The position numbers and the translations under genes were made by a program. Positions 1 to 12,910 of a stretch of 64,000 bases of DNA are shown here, piece by piece. The first letter of the stretch is position 1. Each line of letters begins with the position of its first letter. The notes beneath the pieces are model-generated. The model made no database searches. It had not been told where the DNA came from and was given only the letters and a program-made list of their open reading frames with translations. The DNA is from Amoebophrya sp. A120 (taxonomy: Eukaryota; Protista; Dinoflagellata), in contig CAJINV010000003.1 in NCBI GenBank assembly GCA_905178155.1, positions 6,815,612 to 6,879,611 of the forward strand, read 5' to 3'.

Positions 1-720
1 CTTGGCTTCGCGCAGCAACAGCTTTTCCAGAAAAAAAAGTTTGTGTCGCACCATTGCACCCGGAGGCTCGGTTGGCTCTCCTGCCACGAAGCTCTGTGGC
101 GGGTGAGCGCCGCCGACGGCCGAAGTAGTAGAACTTCGACCAGTTTTGTTACCAGAGGTCACATTTTTGCAGCTTACAACTTTGTAGTTGTCGCTGTAAC
201 TTTTATTTGTTGAGCACAATTCTAATTCATCTTCCACACACTATTCCAATTCCAGGGATCATTTCTCTCATCTCAATACACCACTAACACTATCAGCCAT
301 AGCGAAGGAATACGCCGAAACCCATGACTATACTCGTAAAAACGCAAGGTGGGAATCTCGATCTCAGGGAAGAAAAATGGATATCGGTTGTAGTTTATCA
401 TTCTTTCGCGTCGACCACAAGCACCACTAACACTTTTTGCGAGGCCGCGAACACCTTTCCCCATGCTCGTACTTAACTGGTGCGGTTCGGCGGCACACAA
501 AGACATCAAAACGATGGTGAATATATTATAAGGTCTTTCAATCCAAAATCTAGCCTGCCGAAAAAGACAGACTCTGGGGCATGATAGAGGAAGAGGTGGA
601 GGTCCATTTCTCGGAGGCACTAGCATTACTTTTTGGTGCTGCTCTGACGACGAGATTCAAAAAATCACCTAGGTGTGGACACTCACGCTTCGGCCCCAAG
701 CGTTCGATTTAGCAAGGAAG

Positions 721-3700
721 TCAACCACCTAGTTGAGAGGGGTCAAACGACTTGAAAATATTCTGCGCGCCTCGTGGTGTCATGTTAGGAAATTCGCGCT
801 GGTGGTGCGGGGTCTCGACGAATAATTCGCGTAAGGGCCTCAGCCGGCGTCGCGGCTGAGACCCCTGCTCCCCGTGCTCATCGCGCGGTGTTGCTGGTGT
901 GTGGTCAGTACTAACCGCTGGAGGAACAACGACGCCGCTTGGAACTGCGGCTGCTGAACCTGACGACCCATGTCGTGATGTGGCTGCTCGTGGCAGCAGC
1001 TCAACATGATCACCCGTGCCATCATCTGGTGGTCGATAGGTGGCCCTTGTCTCGTTCGGCGACGCAGTAGGTGTGGTCCCTTGATCTACTTCCTTAAGAG
1101 ACTCCGCAATCGCACGCCGGAGTGCTTCGTCCTCACTGATGCTACCGCTGCTGTTTCCGCCTTCATCTCCAGCCTGGGAATCACCGGCTTCAGAATCGGC
1201 GTCTGAGCCACCGCTTCCAAAACAAAATGAACCCCGACACGAGGCTGCTTCACTCACACCATCACCAGCGCTTGAGGTTGGTGAACAACAGAGCCGGACA
1301 TTCCGGTGCTGGAGAGGCATTTGTCGTGTCAACAGGGATAGAGTTTCCGCCGTCAAGGGGGCAGGGTGGCCTGTAACTTCCGTGCCGGGGTGTGCAACCG
1401 TACTGCTCGTCGGGGGCATGAATGCCGCCGGTCGTCCCCGTGCTGGCGGTGGTCGAGTGGGCGCATGCCCCCGGACACCGCGCGCACCGCCTGCTTTTCC
1501 AAGGCGCTCCGGCTGCGTGGCGTCCGAGTCGGACAGTGCTCCCCCGGAGTCATCTTCATGGGGACAAAAATCCACCCAACGCCGCTCATCTTTATTGCAC
1601 CCATTCGAGGTTTTTACTAGCCGCGGGTCGCTCGCAGCCGCAGGGTCCAGAACTACCGAGGAAGTAGAAGCTCTTTCAGCGAAGAAGCCAAAGAGGCCTT
1701 CGCGGCCAATGTCACCAACAGCCTTGTTGTTGACCCCTCCGCGAGATGGAATCGTCGTGCCAGAACCGGCAAGCATACCGCTGGCGCTCTCGGACGCAGG
1801 CGCATGCTCTAGAAAGAATGCCGCTCTTGCAGTCCCATGAGAGGTAGTCTCTTGCTTTACAATATCCGTAGTGGTCACCGTCACGGTAGACAGCTTTGTG
1901 CGGGCGGTATGGTCCGCCGCAGCTCCCGTCTCGCCTTTTTTGTGTGTTTGGTGTGAAACTGGAATCTCAGCTTGATGTTCGTTGGCAACGTCCTCTTCCC
2001 CATCTACTAATTCGTACAGCCAGAATATCCCTTCGCGTTGAATGGTTTCACGGAGCTCGTCGACAGCGTCACTTCCCCTTTGTATGGAAGCAGCAGCTGC
2101 TGGCGTGTGCGAGTCAACGTGACTGCTCATAGTCGTGCGCACGGTTCTCGCGACAGCATCGTCATAAAAATGAGTATACTCTTCTAAAGTGCGAGGCGCG
2201 GAGGCTAGGCTGCCCTCTGACCGCAGCGAGAGGTTTGCTGTATCGGTGAAAGTCGCGGCACGGTAGTGCGCCATTCCGCCGTCAGCACCAGATCGGTGCA
2301 GTACCGCAGATCGTAGGTGGTACGAGCGTGACCTGCAGCCGCCCTCGTGGCTGTTTACGCCACACCTGCTGGCACTTTCGCGCCGTGACATTACTACATC
2401 CTCGCGCGAGCCTCCACTTCTGGCGCAAATGTCGAACGACGCACTGGAAAATATCTGTCTGGCATCCAGAACCCGTGGCACTAGGACCTGCATGTCGCCT
2501 CGCTTTTTACTGCGGACGACCGAAGCGACCTGTTCTTGCTGATGGCGAGTCGAGAGCAGCAGGACGCGGGGGAGAGTCGCTCCTGTCTCCGTCAGCAGCT
2601 CACGTCTCTCTTGCAAGACCGCTCTACCAGCCTGGAACAGCGCCACGCAGGCGTCACTGTTTGTCTTGTTTATTGCATCTGGCTGGTTCGCCCACCGGCG
2701 CTCGTCCATCAAGCGCACGAGGCGGACATTCTCCTTGTACTGCTTTTCGTCTTGCTGGGAGTGCGTGGATAATGTGAACGCGGTGGTGGCAGCGTGTTTC
2801 GCTGACCGAAAATCGTTGTACGCGCTCGAAGATAAAGCGCCCGGCAACCCGAACCTGAACGGCGACACTGCACTATCACTGCCTGCTTCCTCCTGTCTCG
2901 AGGTCGGAATCGTTTCCGCATGCTCAACAGTGAGTTCTGGATCCGGGCCCCAAGTGAAAGGACGAGGCTTTCCCACGGCCGTACCTTCATCACTAGACCC
3001 GACAAACAAGCTCTTCGAAGGAGAAAAGCTGCGGCTTCCCGCTGCTGATCGATGAGATCCGGACTGTAAAGTCAAGCGGGGGACCGCACACGTGGCGTGG
3101 TGCGTGATACCATCTTGGTACCTTCGAAGTAAGCCGGCCAAGGCGACACGGTGGTTGTCCTTTCGCTGACTTTCGCCGACACTGTGCGTCGTCAGAGTCG
3201 ACGTTCGGCGCGGCGCCGAATGAGCAACAGTTCCGCCGAAGAACGAGGACGGCTTGATCAGATCTAACTCCGCGCTTAATTCTCCGTCGAGCCGCAACGT
3301 GACGACAGGATCCGGCTTCATCCGATACACGCAACTGACAGGCTGACCGGTGTCGTCGCGCAGTGTCATGGTACTGGTACTAGCATCCTGCTGTTTCGAA
3401 AAACAAGAGGCGGATTGAGATTCAATGCTCATGTCATTGACCTTCTGGTCAATTGTTGCTGTCGTACCCTCGGAGGAGCTTTCATCGCCCTCCTCCAGTC
3501 GCGCACCGTGCTGGCACCAGCGGTCTTTGTCCTGCTTCTCGTCCGATAACATTTGAGGGCCCAGAAGCGATGCCTGGTTGCTCGATTTATGTTCCACATG
3601 ATCGGGTTTAGTGTCAGCACTACCTTCGCCACCAGCGAGCGCAGCCGGATCGACCTCCTGCTCCTGGCCAGCGTGCACCGGGTCGAGCAAGCGAAAGATG

Positions 3701-6700
3701 GTTTGTGTCTGCAAACGAAACAAGTCGGCGAGCTTGGGAAGGGCTTCTCGCAAAAGGACAAAGAACGCTTCTTCGGCACACTGCTGTTGGCCCGTAACTG
3801 CGCAAGAACTGGCTGCAGGGCCCCCAAAAGGATGGTGCCCGTCCGCGGCACCGTCGTCTTCTTGAGAGGAAATCAACAAGAAGGAAACCCCCGTACTTAG
3901 TTCTTCCATCTGCGTCCGGGATACCTTCTTGTCGTAAAGCAGGCCCTTGTAGTACTAAGCGGAAGTTTCTAGGAATGAGGAAAATTCGAAAAATTTCAAT
4001 CCCCAGATGAAAGTAGGCAGGTGGAGATATCAGGTCGCGGCCCCGTGCCGGCCCATTTGCGAATACCGCTGCGCAAGAAGAGCTCGAAGAGCCCCGCGGA
4101 CAACTGCGGTAGCCGAGCCTGGAGAGTCATCCGCGGCTCGCATATAATGGCCTGTATCGCGGCTGCATCAAAAAGACAACGCATGGCTCTCCGAACGGTG
4201 GCGCCTCCACACACGCGCATCATTCTCAAAACTATTAAGCCAAAACCTCAGGCGCCATGGACCTTCCTACCCATGGACGCCATGCGCTACAAATAAACAC
4301 TCTATAGCGGGGCAGGTGTACCCCCTTACCGAACCGCGCCAAACATCCCACGCCGTCGACAGCTTCCCACCGTGAATCAACCTGCCGCGTCTTTGCTCCT
4401 AACGCCTTCAACTTGCGGGCATTTCGCGCCGGACTCGAAATTTTCCTCGGAAATTGAATCGCGGTGCTATGGTGGTGGTTTTGGCCTCGCTTCGGGCGTG
4501 TTTTGCTGCCGCGCTCGCTACCCAAAAAAGGGAGCCCGGGAAAGCCAGCAAAACAGACCAGGCCCCAGACTCGCCTCGAAACAAGGCAAAAAGCGGCGCC
4601 ATACCGTCGCGATTCAATTTCCGAGGAAAACTCAGAGCCCCCCCGGCCCCTCCCCCTTGCCCTCCCCCCCCTCTTCGCCATTTTCCTCGGAAATTGAATC
4701 ACGATGGCACGGGGGCGATTTTGGCCCCCTTCAGAGGGGGCCCTCCGGAGGCCCAATCCGGCCCCCCCGCGACCCCCCCTTCGGCATTTTCCTCGGAAAT
4801 TGAATCACGAGCGGAAAGCGCAGAGCGCTATTTGAAGCATGGAAGAAATAGCAAAAAAATCAACGCGGGGCTGAGCCCTCGGGCGCGACCTTTGTTGGGG
4901 CACCCCGCCAAAACCCGGCCGCCGCACTTGAGGGCGCCGGGGTAGTCCTCCGCCTTTCTTTTCAAATGTTTCCGCACCTCCTCAAGACGGCTAGGCCACG
5001 CGTCCGACCCCACTGGCCCCTTTCAGGGCTGCCGCGTTAGGTTGGGATCCCCACTAGGGGATTGCCGGGGGGCTGGTGTTCGGTAGAATAGGCCCAGAGA
5101 CCTCAAAGACCTGCCACCTTAGCGCGCTGCTCTGACTGCGATGCACATGTAGAGATCGCTGCCGTTATTCAGATGAAGCGCGGCTTTGTGGGTGTGTGTT
5201 GAGCCTCCGGCGATGGCTGGTTGGCTATCGAGGTGAGTGGCACCCGAAAAGCCGCCAGCCTGCTTTGGTGATTTCACTGCGCGGCAATGCGTCTGAACTC
5301 TGACGCAGTCGCTTCCCCTTTCCATTTTCGAATACAACAAACAAATGCTGGCGCGCCACGCCAGCCAAACACAGCTACGAAAAGCTGCTACAGTCGGAAG
5401 AGAATTCGAAGGGGGGGCAATTTATTCAAAATTTCCTCATTCCTAGAAAGTTCCACTTAGTATGTAGACGTCGCAAAAACGCGACACCAGCCCTTGCCGC
5501 TGTACGTCGATCTCATTCACCAGCGGAGGCGCAGCTGTACTTCCCAGACCTTCGCCTATTGACGCGTCTGGCTTGGCAGCGTGCTGACCAGCCACGGGGG
5601 CAGGCTTCATCTCGGCTCCATGTTCTTCTCCTTCGTGCACAAGAAAAGCTTGTTCGTCATGCGGGGGAGTTTCCGTCCTGGCAGAAGTGGGTGTAGACGC
5701 ATCTTCGGTAGAGCTACAAGATCCTGATCCGGAAGCGGTCGTTTTGCTTGTTCCACCAGAATAAACATGATCGCTTTTCAGGTGGGCTGCTTGATCGACG
5801 GCCGGCTGGCAACCTTTCACAGCAGTTGTGTGGACGTTAAGAGACTGCATCTGCAGAGGCGCATCCACATGGGCAACCATGTCGTTTTTATCAAGTAGTG
5901 CCGCGGTGGTCGTGGTGGTGGAGGCCGAGGTCACGATCAGTTCCTTTAGCTGCGGTTTCACGTTGAAGCAGTATTCAGTCTCGAGCAACTGCTCGACGCT
6001 CCGAAGCCGGAGAAAAGCCTGCAAGAAAGAATTCAGCCAGCAGGTATTGCCGACGTTTGGCAGGCCAACCTCGTCCTCGGCTAGGAACGTCGTCTGAACA
6101 GTCGCAAGGAGCTTGCTTTCCGGTGCAGGAGCATGATCTGCCTCTCCTGCGCCGGCGGCGGCACTCGACAACGGCTCGACAGTGTCCCGGAGCAGGTCGT
6201 GGATGTCCGGCGGAACCAACGCAAGAGCAGTTTCTTCATGTCCCGTATTAACAGGTACTCGTTCGCTCCCTGGGGGAGAGATGGAAGTAGACCCAATTTC
6301 GATACTCCCACCAAGTGCATCAGCATCGCCCCCCATCTTTCTGGGACTTGTACGCTGGCCCGCGGCCCAATGGGCGCCCCCCGCACTATCTCCGTCTCCC
6401 ACGTTGTCGTCAAGAACATTAGAGTCGCCTGGACCTCGGTGGAAAGATTGCGTGTTGCGACTCTCAACATCAGTAGTTCCCTCTGGGTTTTCGCCCTGCT
6501 GTTCACGACTCGAACCAGCTTCCGCACCTCCAGCAGCACCATCGCTATACACCGTGGTGGTAAGAAAACCGTTTGCGTTCAAGTTGGGGGACGAGAGGTC
6601 TGCCGCTGCCTGAAAACCACTTCCTTCTCCTGAGTCGCCGGTACTAGTGGCTGCACCGGGAACGTTTTTGCTCAGTTTGTTCCCCAATGCGAGGAAGGTT

Positions 6701-6810
6701 GATGTGTCCGTCCAAGATAACAAAATGTATCCAACAACCACCGAAAAGAGGACAGAACTATGGACACCCTTTCCTGCTGCGGTATTTGAACCTGTGACAT
6801 AAAACATCAT
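721..6810 (-). CDS. Ubiquitin-specific protease (peptidase C19/USP)-like protein, two exons (6810-~5463 and ~3952-721), N-terminal hydrophobic segment and C-terminal UIM
   Basis: Cys box GLPNVGNTCWLNSFLQAF in ORF 5443-6810. QQCAEEAF (QQDAxEF-like), His box YHLRSAVLHRSGADGGMAHY...FYDD and UIM-like SEDEALRRAIAESL in ORF 721-3909. Removing 3953-5462 plus one TGTAG copy joins the ORFs in frame (...FCDVY|KGLLYDKKVSRTQMEE...). Confidence 0.85.
3953..5462. mobile_element. 1510-bp TIR element acting as a non-canonical intron of the USP gene
   Basis: Left end TACTAAGCGGAAGTTTCTAGGAATGAGGAAAATT; reverse complement of right end TACTAAGTGGAACTTTCTAGGAATGAGGAAATTT. Flanked by TGTAG at 3948-3952 and 5463-5467. 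No transposase-like ORF recognised inside. Confidence 0.92.
4441..4809. repeat. Four copies of the 23-bp motif TTTTCCTCGGAAATTGAATCRCG inside the TIR element
   Basis: Direct copies at 4441-4463, 4681-4703 and 4787-4809; inverted copy at 4608-4630. Confidence 0.95.
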
Positions 6811-9800
6811 GCTGGGCCAAATATGCTATAATAATTCGAAAGGGTAAAAAATAAGTGCCCACACAATGTTGAGAAGTTATTCACAGTTCGTCGATTACTG
6901 ATTTATATAGGAAAACAAAAACTTCGAAAACAGAAAGAAATAGTTTTTAAAAAACAAAAATATGTCGTGAAGATTTTTGTGAAATAAAGCGGGCTACTTC
7001 GACAACGAAGTCAGAGAACCTAATCGAAAGTAAAAACTCCGTGTTGTTGAATAGACTCGTGGAAAACGCGAAATAAGAATCTTCAAAAGCTTTTATTCAT
7101 CGTGTGATAAAATTCATTTTATGTCGTTCGCCAAGGTCGTCGTGGTGGCTGCACGAAGATACGACGTCGAAAGCTGCCCAGCAGGATCTCTGGTGCCGCT
7201 TTATTTTTCATACGGTCTTCAACTCCAAAGTAAAATTTTTCCTGTAGGTTCGTTTCAACCAAAAGAGGGACAATTTCCATCAATCAAACGAGCAGGTCTC
7301 AATCAATTCGAATTCGAACTCAACTGAACTCGATGCTGCAGGAACTACACTACACAAATAGAAATAGTTGCTACACACCACGTGGGCGGAGCTCCGTCGA
7401 GATCCTTCAAAACGCTGCAAAGATGATGTCCATGTGACGAATGAATCGGCTCTGTAATTTCTTTTAAAGAGCGCGCAATGCTTGTGAACGGTGGAAATTG
7501 ATCAAAAGCAGATGCAAATTCGAAATCGGAGATCGCATCTGGTGACCAAGAAATCTGTAGAAGAAGCACGCTCGCGCGGGTAACTTCGCTTGCACATGTC
7601 TGAGCATCTGTGGGCTGGTTCAGGTAATATTTTGTGATCCGAAAAGGAAAAATGAAAATCTTCGCCGTCGGTGCCCGCTACAAGAAGAAAAAAGCATGGT
7701 GTGTACAATTACAATTTACAATTTATTCACTTCACTTCACTGGGTGGCGGTCGGCGGTGGCCTCTTCTCATGTGGCTCGCTAGAACGGGGCAGGGAACGA
7801 CGCAACGCTATGCACCACAGGCACGCGACTACCAGATGCCAGCGTGGACGCCGATCCGGGCAGGAGCACATGCCCACTAAGCTACCTATTTGTATCAGTT
7901 TACTACACCTATAATTAACTGAAACTAAGGTCGTGCAGGGCCCTCTGGGGTGTTTATTCTGCCAAACCAAACCAGCCCGACGAATAAAGAACTAGATCAA
8001 CTACCAAATTCGAACAAGTGCAAACACCGCGAGGTCGCTGTTTCGAGTTAGTGAATTGCTTTTTTCTGCTTTCTGACAAACCTCAAATGTTTTCTAGGAG
8101 AGTCTATGCGGGGTTCGGAAGAACTTGTGCGCTAGCCTCGAAGCTAGTCGCGCTGAGTTCGAACTGGTACAGCCATAAACTCTCGATCAAGTAAAAGCTT
8201 ATACAACACGCAAAACGCACTCGAGACGTGACTAACTTTCTAATGACCTTAGTGCGATATTGCTTCGAAAATAGCATGTAAGTCGAGAATATTTAGGCTA
8301 TAAAAGTCTGTAACCGGATCACATACGAGGATGCACGAGGCAACCTCAAGTAGCGTGTGTTACAAACAAAAGCAGGTCGATATTTTAGCCGCGCTGCTGT
8401 CTCCAACACACATCAAATAACGACTACGCGGGGAAAAAAATTTTCAGTGTTGCGTGCAAGCTTGATACCACGCTGAACGCGTAAGGTAGAATGCTTGAGC
8501 GTGCCTAGGTCCGATGTTCCTTACCCTAGAATTTAGCAGATGATCTTGTCGCATTATCTAACTCGGCTGGTGTGTGCAGGCGCGTTACCTGCCTAAGCAG
8601 TGCTATTTGCTTTTTGTAGCAGCGCTTTTTTGTAGATTCACGAGATCTCGCGAGACTACAGCCCTATTGCTTCAACAGAGGAGTCAAAATGAGAGGCGAC
8701 TCAGTCTCTCAGTCCTCGCGCGCGCAGGGACTAACTGCGCGGAACTCTATGTTTCAGCGCCCTGACTCCGGGGTCGCGTCCGGAGTGTGCTGCTTCGTCT
8801 AATCCCGACCCTGTTGCTGTGCGTTGTGCGCTCGGCCAGGCGCGGGGTCGGGCAGGCCGTCTCGACCGCAGTTCACGTGCGCTCACTCTACTCTTGCTGC
8901 CTGACCGTTCCACTTGAGCAGTCGGAGACGATCAATCACCGCCCTGTAAGGGCTGCAGACCGTCGGCGGGATACCCAGCACGCCCACGTAGTCCATCCAG
9001 CAGGCGGAGTCGGCCCCGCTTTTCAAGACGCTCTGCCACGGAGGGAGCGGCTCCACATTCCACTTTCCCACAGCTCGACGGGCCATCTGTTCCTCGCTGA
9101 AAATCCCGCGGTACGAAGTCTGCTCCTGATCCCGTTCGCGCTGTTTCTGGTTTTGCGAATCGTCGTCGCCAGGCACGACGCTGCGGTTTCCGATGGCGTC
9201 GAGAGAAGATGGAGATGGCGGCCGCTCGAGTCGGTGGCCCGTGAGGCGGGCGAGCAGGTCATGCGGCTCGGTGAAATGCGAAATGCGCAACGCCGCGCGA
9301 TTCCAGCTGATTTTCTCACCCTCGAACGGCGCTTCCAGGTCGTCGCTCATGATGACCGGCAAACAACCAGTGAAGAAAGACTCATACAACCTTGAAGTGT
9401 AGCTCGTGAGTCCCTTCGGGCAGAGGCAATATTTGCACTTTCCGATTCGCTTGACGTACTGCTCGAACGGCACCGGTCCGCCGATGCTGGTACCGCCATG
9501 ATGCCCCAACTGCAGCTTCAGGGTGCGGCGCACAGTCTCGTTCACGCCGACGTACGCGTTGTTCACAAAGTCCCCGTCGATGTGACGTCCGATGTGTGCC
9601 ATGTGCCCGTGGAAGCACGCCAGCATCGTCCGGTTCCGTTCCCAGGATCTCAGAAACGCTGCACTCGGCATCTCAGAAACACCATGCGAGATCGTTATCG
9701 TGGCTGGAGGTTGTCCTACTTGTACACTTCTCTGTACACTCTTCTTTCTCTTCGCGCTAAACGACGAGGACGGAGCAAGCGCGCTGGACAAAGAAGACGG

Positions 9801-11533
9801 CCCAACCGCAGACATGGCGGACGCGTACTCCTCCGTGCTGAACTCCAGCGGCCAGTTGGCGAGCAGCAGCGTCGCCTTCGCCTGGTCCACGACCGACGGC
9901 AGAATCATGTGGCGCGCGTTGTTCGGCTGGTGGCACTCTCCCAGCGGGCAGTGCGTTTGCTGCCGCTTCTTCCGCTTGCTATCGAGAGCAGGATTTTCGA
10001 CAGGGGCAACATCCACTACCTCGACCACCTCCTCTCCTGCTGTCCTCGTCAATTCATTGCTGTTTTCCGCCGCGACCGTTGTACTACTTCTAGAAGCGGC
10101 AGCACCAGTGGTTTTCCTCAACAGTTCCCGATCGCTCTCCGACACCTCTACCAGGGGCAGTTTTAAAAGCTGGCGCTTGTAATTCAAAATGGCTCGCGCC
10201 GGCGCGCCGTCGAGACTCGGAAACACGCCGTCCATCTGCAACGACTTGATCGGCCGCCCCTCCACCCCGAGCACGATCGAATTTTTGTCCAAAATGGACG
10301 TGAGCCAGCCGGAGGAAGCCTGCACGAAGATGTGGTCCCGCCCCTGCGTGCGATTCCAGTACGGCCGCTCGTGCAACAGGTGGTGTTCCACGCGCGCGAG
10401 ACTGGTCACGCCAGTGTACCAGCCCAGGAAATTCGCGGCACTCATCATTAGCTCCCAAAACAACATGTACTTGAACCTGTACGTCGTGGTCGCGCGCCGG
10501 CGCTTCCGAGTTATGAGTAGAGGAGGCTCTTGACGTTGCGGTCCTCCAGCCGTCTTGGTGCTGGGCGGGTCGGCGTGGTAGTCGGAAGGAACGAACTGCC
10601 CAGTGGGGCGCCGTCGCGGCTTATTTCGATTATTATTTTCATGATTTCGTCCGGACGCCGTGCTCGTGCCGTTAGGTGCAACGTAAAAGTAGTAGTCCTC
10701 TTCCACGTAGTGCACCTCTTTCTCGTCGTAGACGCCCTCCTGCATCCGAAAGCGCTCTTCGTATTTTCCCAAGTGCCAAATTTTCTCCGCCTCCTGTCTA
10801 AATATCATATTTTGCTCTATTCGCTCTATCTGCCGCTGTCTGGCTCGCTGTCGCTGCTGCCTTTTTTTGGTGGACGTCCCTCCTTGTGCGGGTGCTCCCG
10901 TTTCTTCTGTCTCGTCCATGTCGTTCTCGTTGTCGAGAGAAACGAGACCCGTCCGACTCTTGCAGCGAGTAAAAGAACATCTCCACTTGTCATACTGGAT
11001 CCTGGATCATCTTAATCTGCTGATACAACCGCCCGTCCTGGGTGAAAAATTGCGGCACATGCCTCCCGCTAGCCATGATCCAAAACGGAAACCGGCCGAT
11101 GATGCCCAACACTCGTGCAAGGAGGCTATGCACGGAATCGTTTTGGAAGAGTACATACCCCGTCCACAGTTCCGCGAGAATGCAACCGAGGGACCAAATG
11201 TCGATCTTCTGGTCGTACCTGAAGTGAATTTCGCTTTATTTTCATGCGACATGCACGAAGGCTAAAATTTTGTTCCGTAAATGCAGGATGAGAAACTACC
11301 ATCACCAGTGCTAGATACTTACACGTACTTATTCAAATAGCAGGTCTCAGCACTAGTAGCAGAGCCTAAGGCGCTAAATGTAAACCATTCCTCAGTTGTT
11401 GCAACATCATGATGAAAAAAAATACTGGCATCCCAAAATCACTTCCGGTGCCCGGTAACTCCTTGACTGCACGTAGGACGATAGATGGTCATCGATGAAG
11501 CATGAGGAACCAAAGTCGATTACTTTCACCTCC

Positions 11534-11714
11534 TATGCATTGCAAAAATTTGATCGTCCTCGTAGTGGAAAGTGCATGGCAAATTATTTTTTGAAGCAAT
11601 TTATATCGAAATCTGTCATGCAAATTGAAGTAGCATGAAAGCAGATCTGTCTCTGTCATGCCAAACTACAACTGCAATGACCACTACGAGCGCGATTTAT
11701 TTTTGCACAGGATA
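11534..11714. mobile_element. Introner, family A (181 bp), in the kinase fragment
   Basis: TATGCATTGCAAAA...TTTTGCACAGGATA with CCTCC duplicated at 11529-11533 and 11715-11719. Excision restores SRTE|VKVIDFG and can be read as GT-AG. Confidence 0.92.
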
Positions 11715-12264
11715 CCTCCGTCCGGCTATAGGACTTCATCAGAATATTCTCCGGCTTTAAATCACCTGTGGTTGCTTTTGAAGATGATTAGCGGCCACGT
11801 CAATTTTATTGTTCTGACGTCGATGAACGTATGTGCACATGAAAGGATGTCGCAACGAAGAACTACTAGAAGGATGAGGATCACAACAAGCACATCAAAC
11901 CAAAACATCCAAACTTTCTACAGTGAATAAGATTTAGTCCGTGGATGAAATTCAACGCCTTCAGGATGTCGCGCGAAATGATCTGCAGTCTGGCTTTCGT
12001 GAAGTAAGGCTCCCCTGGCTGCTGCTCGCGATTAAACTTGGAAAACTCGTATAAGTTGTCCTTCAACAACTCTGTCACCAAGACGAGGTGTTCCTGTTTT
12101 GATGTTTGGTTGGACTTTCTTATATGAAAATGCTTTGGAGGTACTAGAAATAGTTGGCAAGATGAACTCTGGTGCTCTCGTCGCAACAAATGTTCTTGAT
12201 GCGTACTATACTCGTCACATATCAGCGAAAGTGTCTGGGTATGCCAAGGTACTCGACGACCTGG

Positions 12265-12529
12265 TATGCATTGCAAAAGTGTCTGGGTCTGGGAGATTCT
12301 GAGACTTGTCATGCAAGTTTTGCATGTGCCATGATGTCTGTGATGCATGTCCTAGCATCAGAGATTTTTTGAGGGCTTCTTGATGCCTACACCGCATGAC
12401 AAATGCCCTTTTCCCGTAGCAAAAATAACACTCACTTTGCTGCTCATGCAATACAGATTTTTTTGGAATCCAAACGCAGCATCACAAATTGCAATCTTCC
12501 AGACCCTCCAGACATTTTTGCATTTCATA
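12265..12529. mobile_element. Introner, family B (265 bp), in the kinase fragment
   Basis: TATGCATTGCAAAAGTGTCTGGGTCTGGGAGATT pairs with AATCTTCCAGACCCTCCAGACATTTTTGCATTTCATA. Flanks CCTGG/CGTGG. Excision restores AARY(H/Q)VVEYLG. Confidence 0.9.
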
Positions 12530-12575
12530 CGTGGTACCGGGCGGCAATGATCTGCCCCATCTCGACTTTCAGTCC

Positions 12576-12706
12576 TATCCTAGAGAAAATCACCATGATG
12601 TTGATGACTCATCTCAAGCTGTCTCTGTGGTCATGCGTGACAATATGCGCAATAAAAGTCGGACCTTTAAATTTAAAACTTCTTATAGTCGATTTTCTTT
12701 GGGATA
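12576..12706. mobile_element. Introner (131 bp) in the kinase fragment
   Basis: TATCCTAGAGAAAATC / GATTTTCTTTGGGATA inverted termini; degenerate flanks AGTCC/AATTC. Excision gives GFEETKELKVEMGQIIAARY. Confidence 0.8.
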
Positions 12707-12751
12707 AATTCCTTCGTCTCTTCAAACCCGGTCTTGTCTCGCTCGTACACA

Positions 12752-12910
12752 TATCCTGTGCAAAAGCATCGCATAATTAGTAGTAATTGCATTACAAATT
12801 AGCTCAGCGTCAGCATGACAATTGGAATTTGTGATGCAGTTTTACCTTGGGATGAAGATTTGTAATGCATAACTGCAATTACTACGAGTACGATACTTTT
12901 GCAATTCATA
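12752..12910. mobile_element. Introner, family A (159 bp, opposite orientation to 11534-11714)
   Basis: TATCCTGTGCAAAAGCATCG...CGATACTTTTGCAATTCATA with ACACA at 12747-12751 and 12911-12915. Excision restores QLPIV|YERDKTGFEE. Confidence 0.92.

Noticed and set aside
4441-4809. CRISPR-like repeat-spacer appearance
   Set aside because: One copy is inverted, spacers vary from about 50 to 145 bp, there are no cas genes, and the context is eukaryotic.
7100-8880. Short ORFs and imperfect hairpins between the USP and GT47 genes
   Set aside because: No recognisable motif, TIR/TSD pair or coding bias; left unannotated.
10867-11265. Plus-strand ORF with LEEYIPRPQFRENATEGPNVDLLV
   Set aside because: Antisense shadow of the minus-strand kinase exon (DIWSLGCILAEL).
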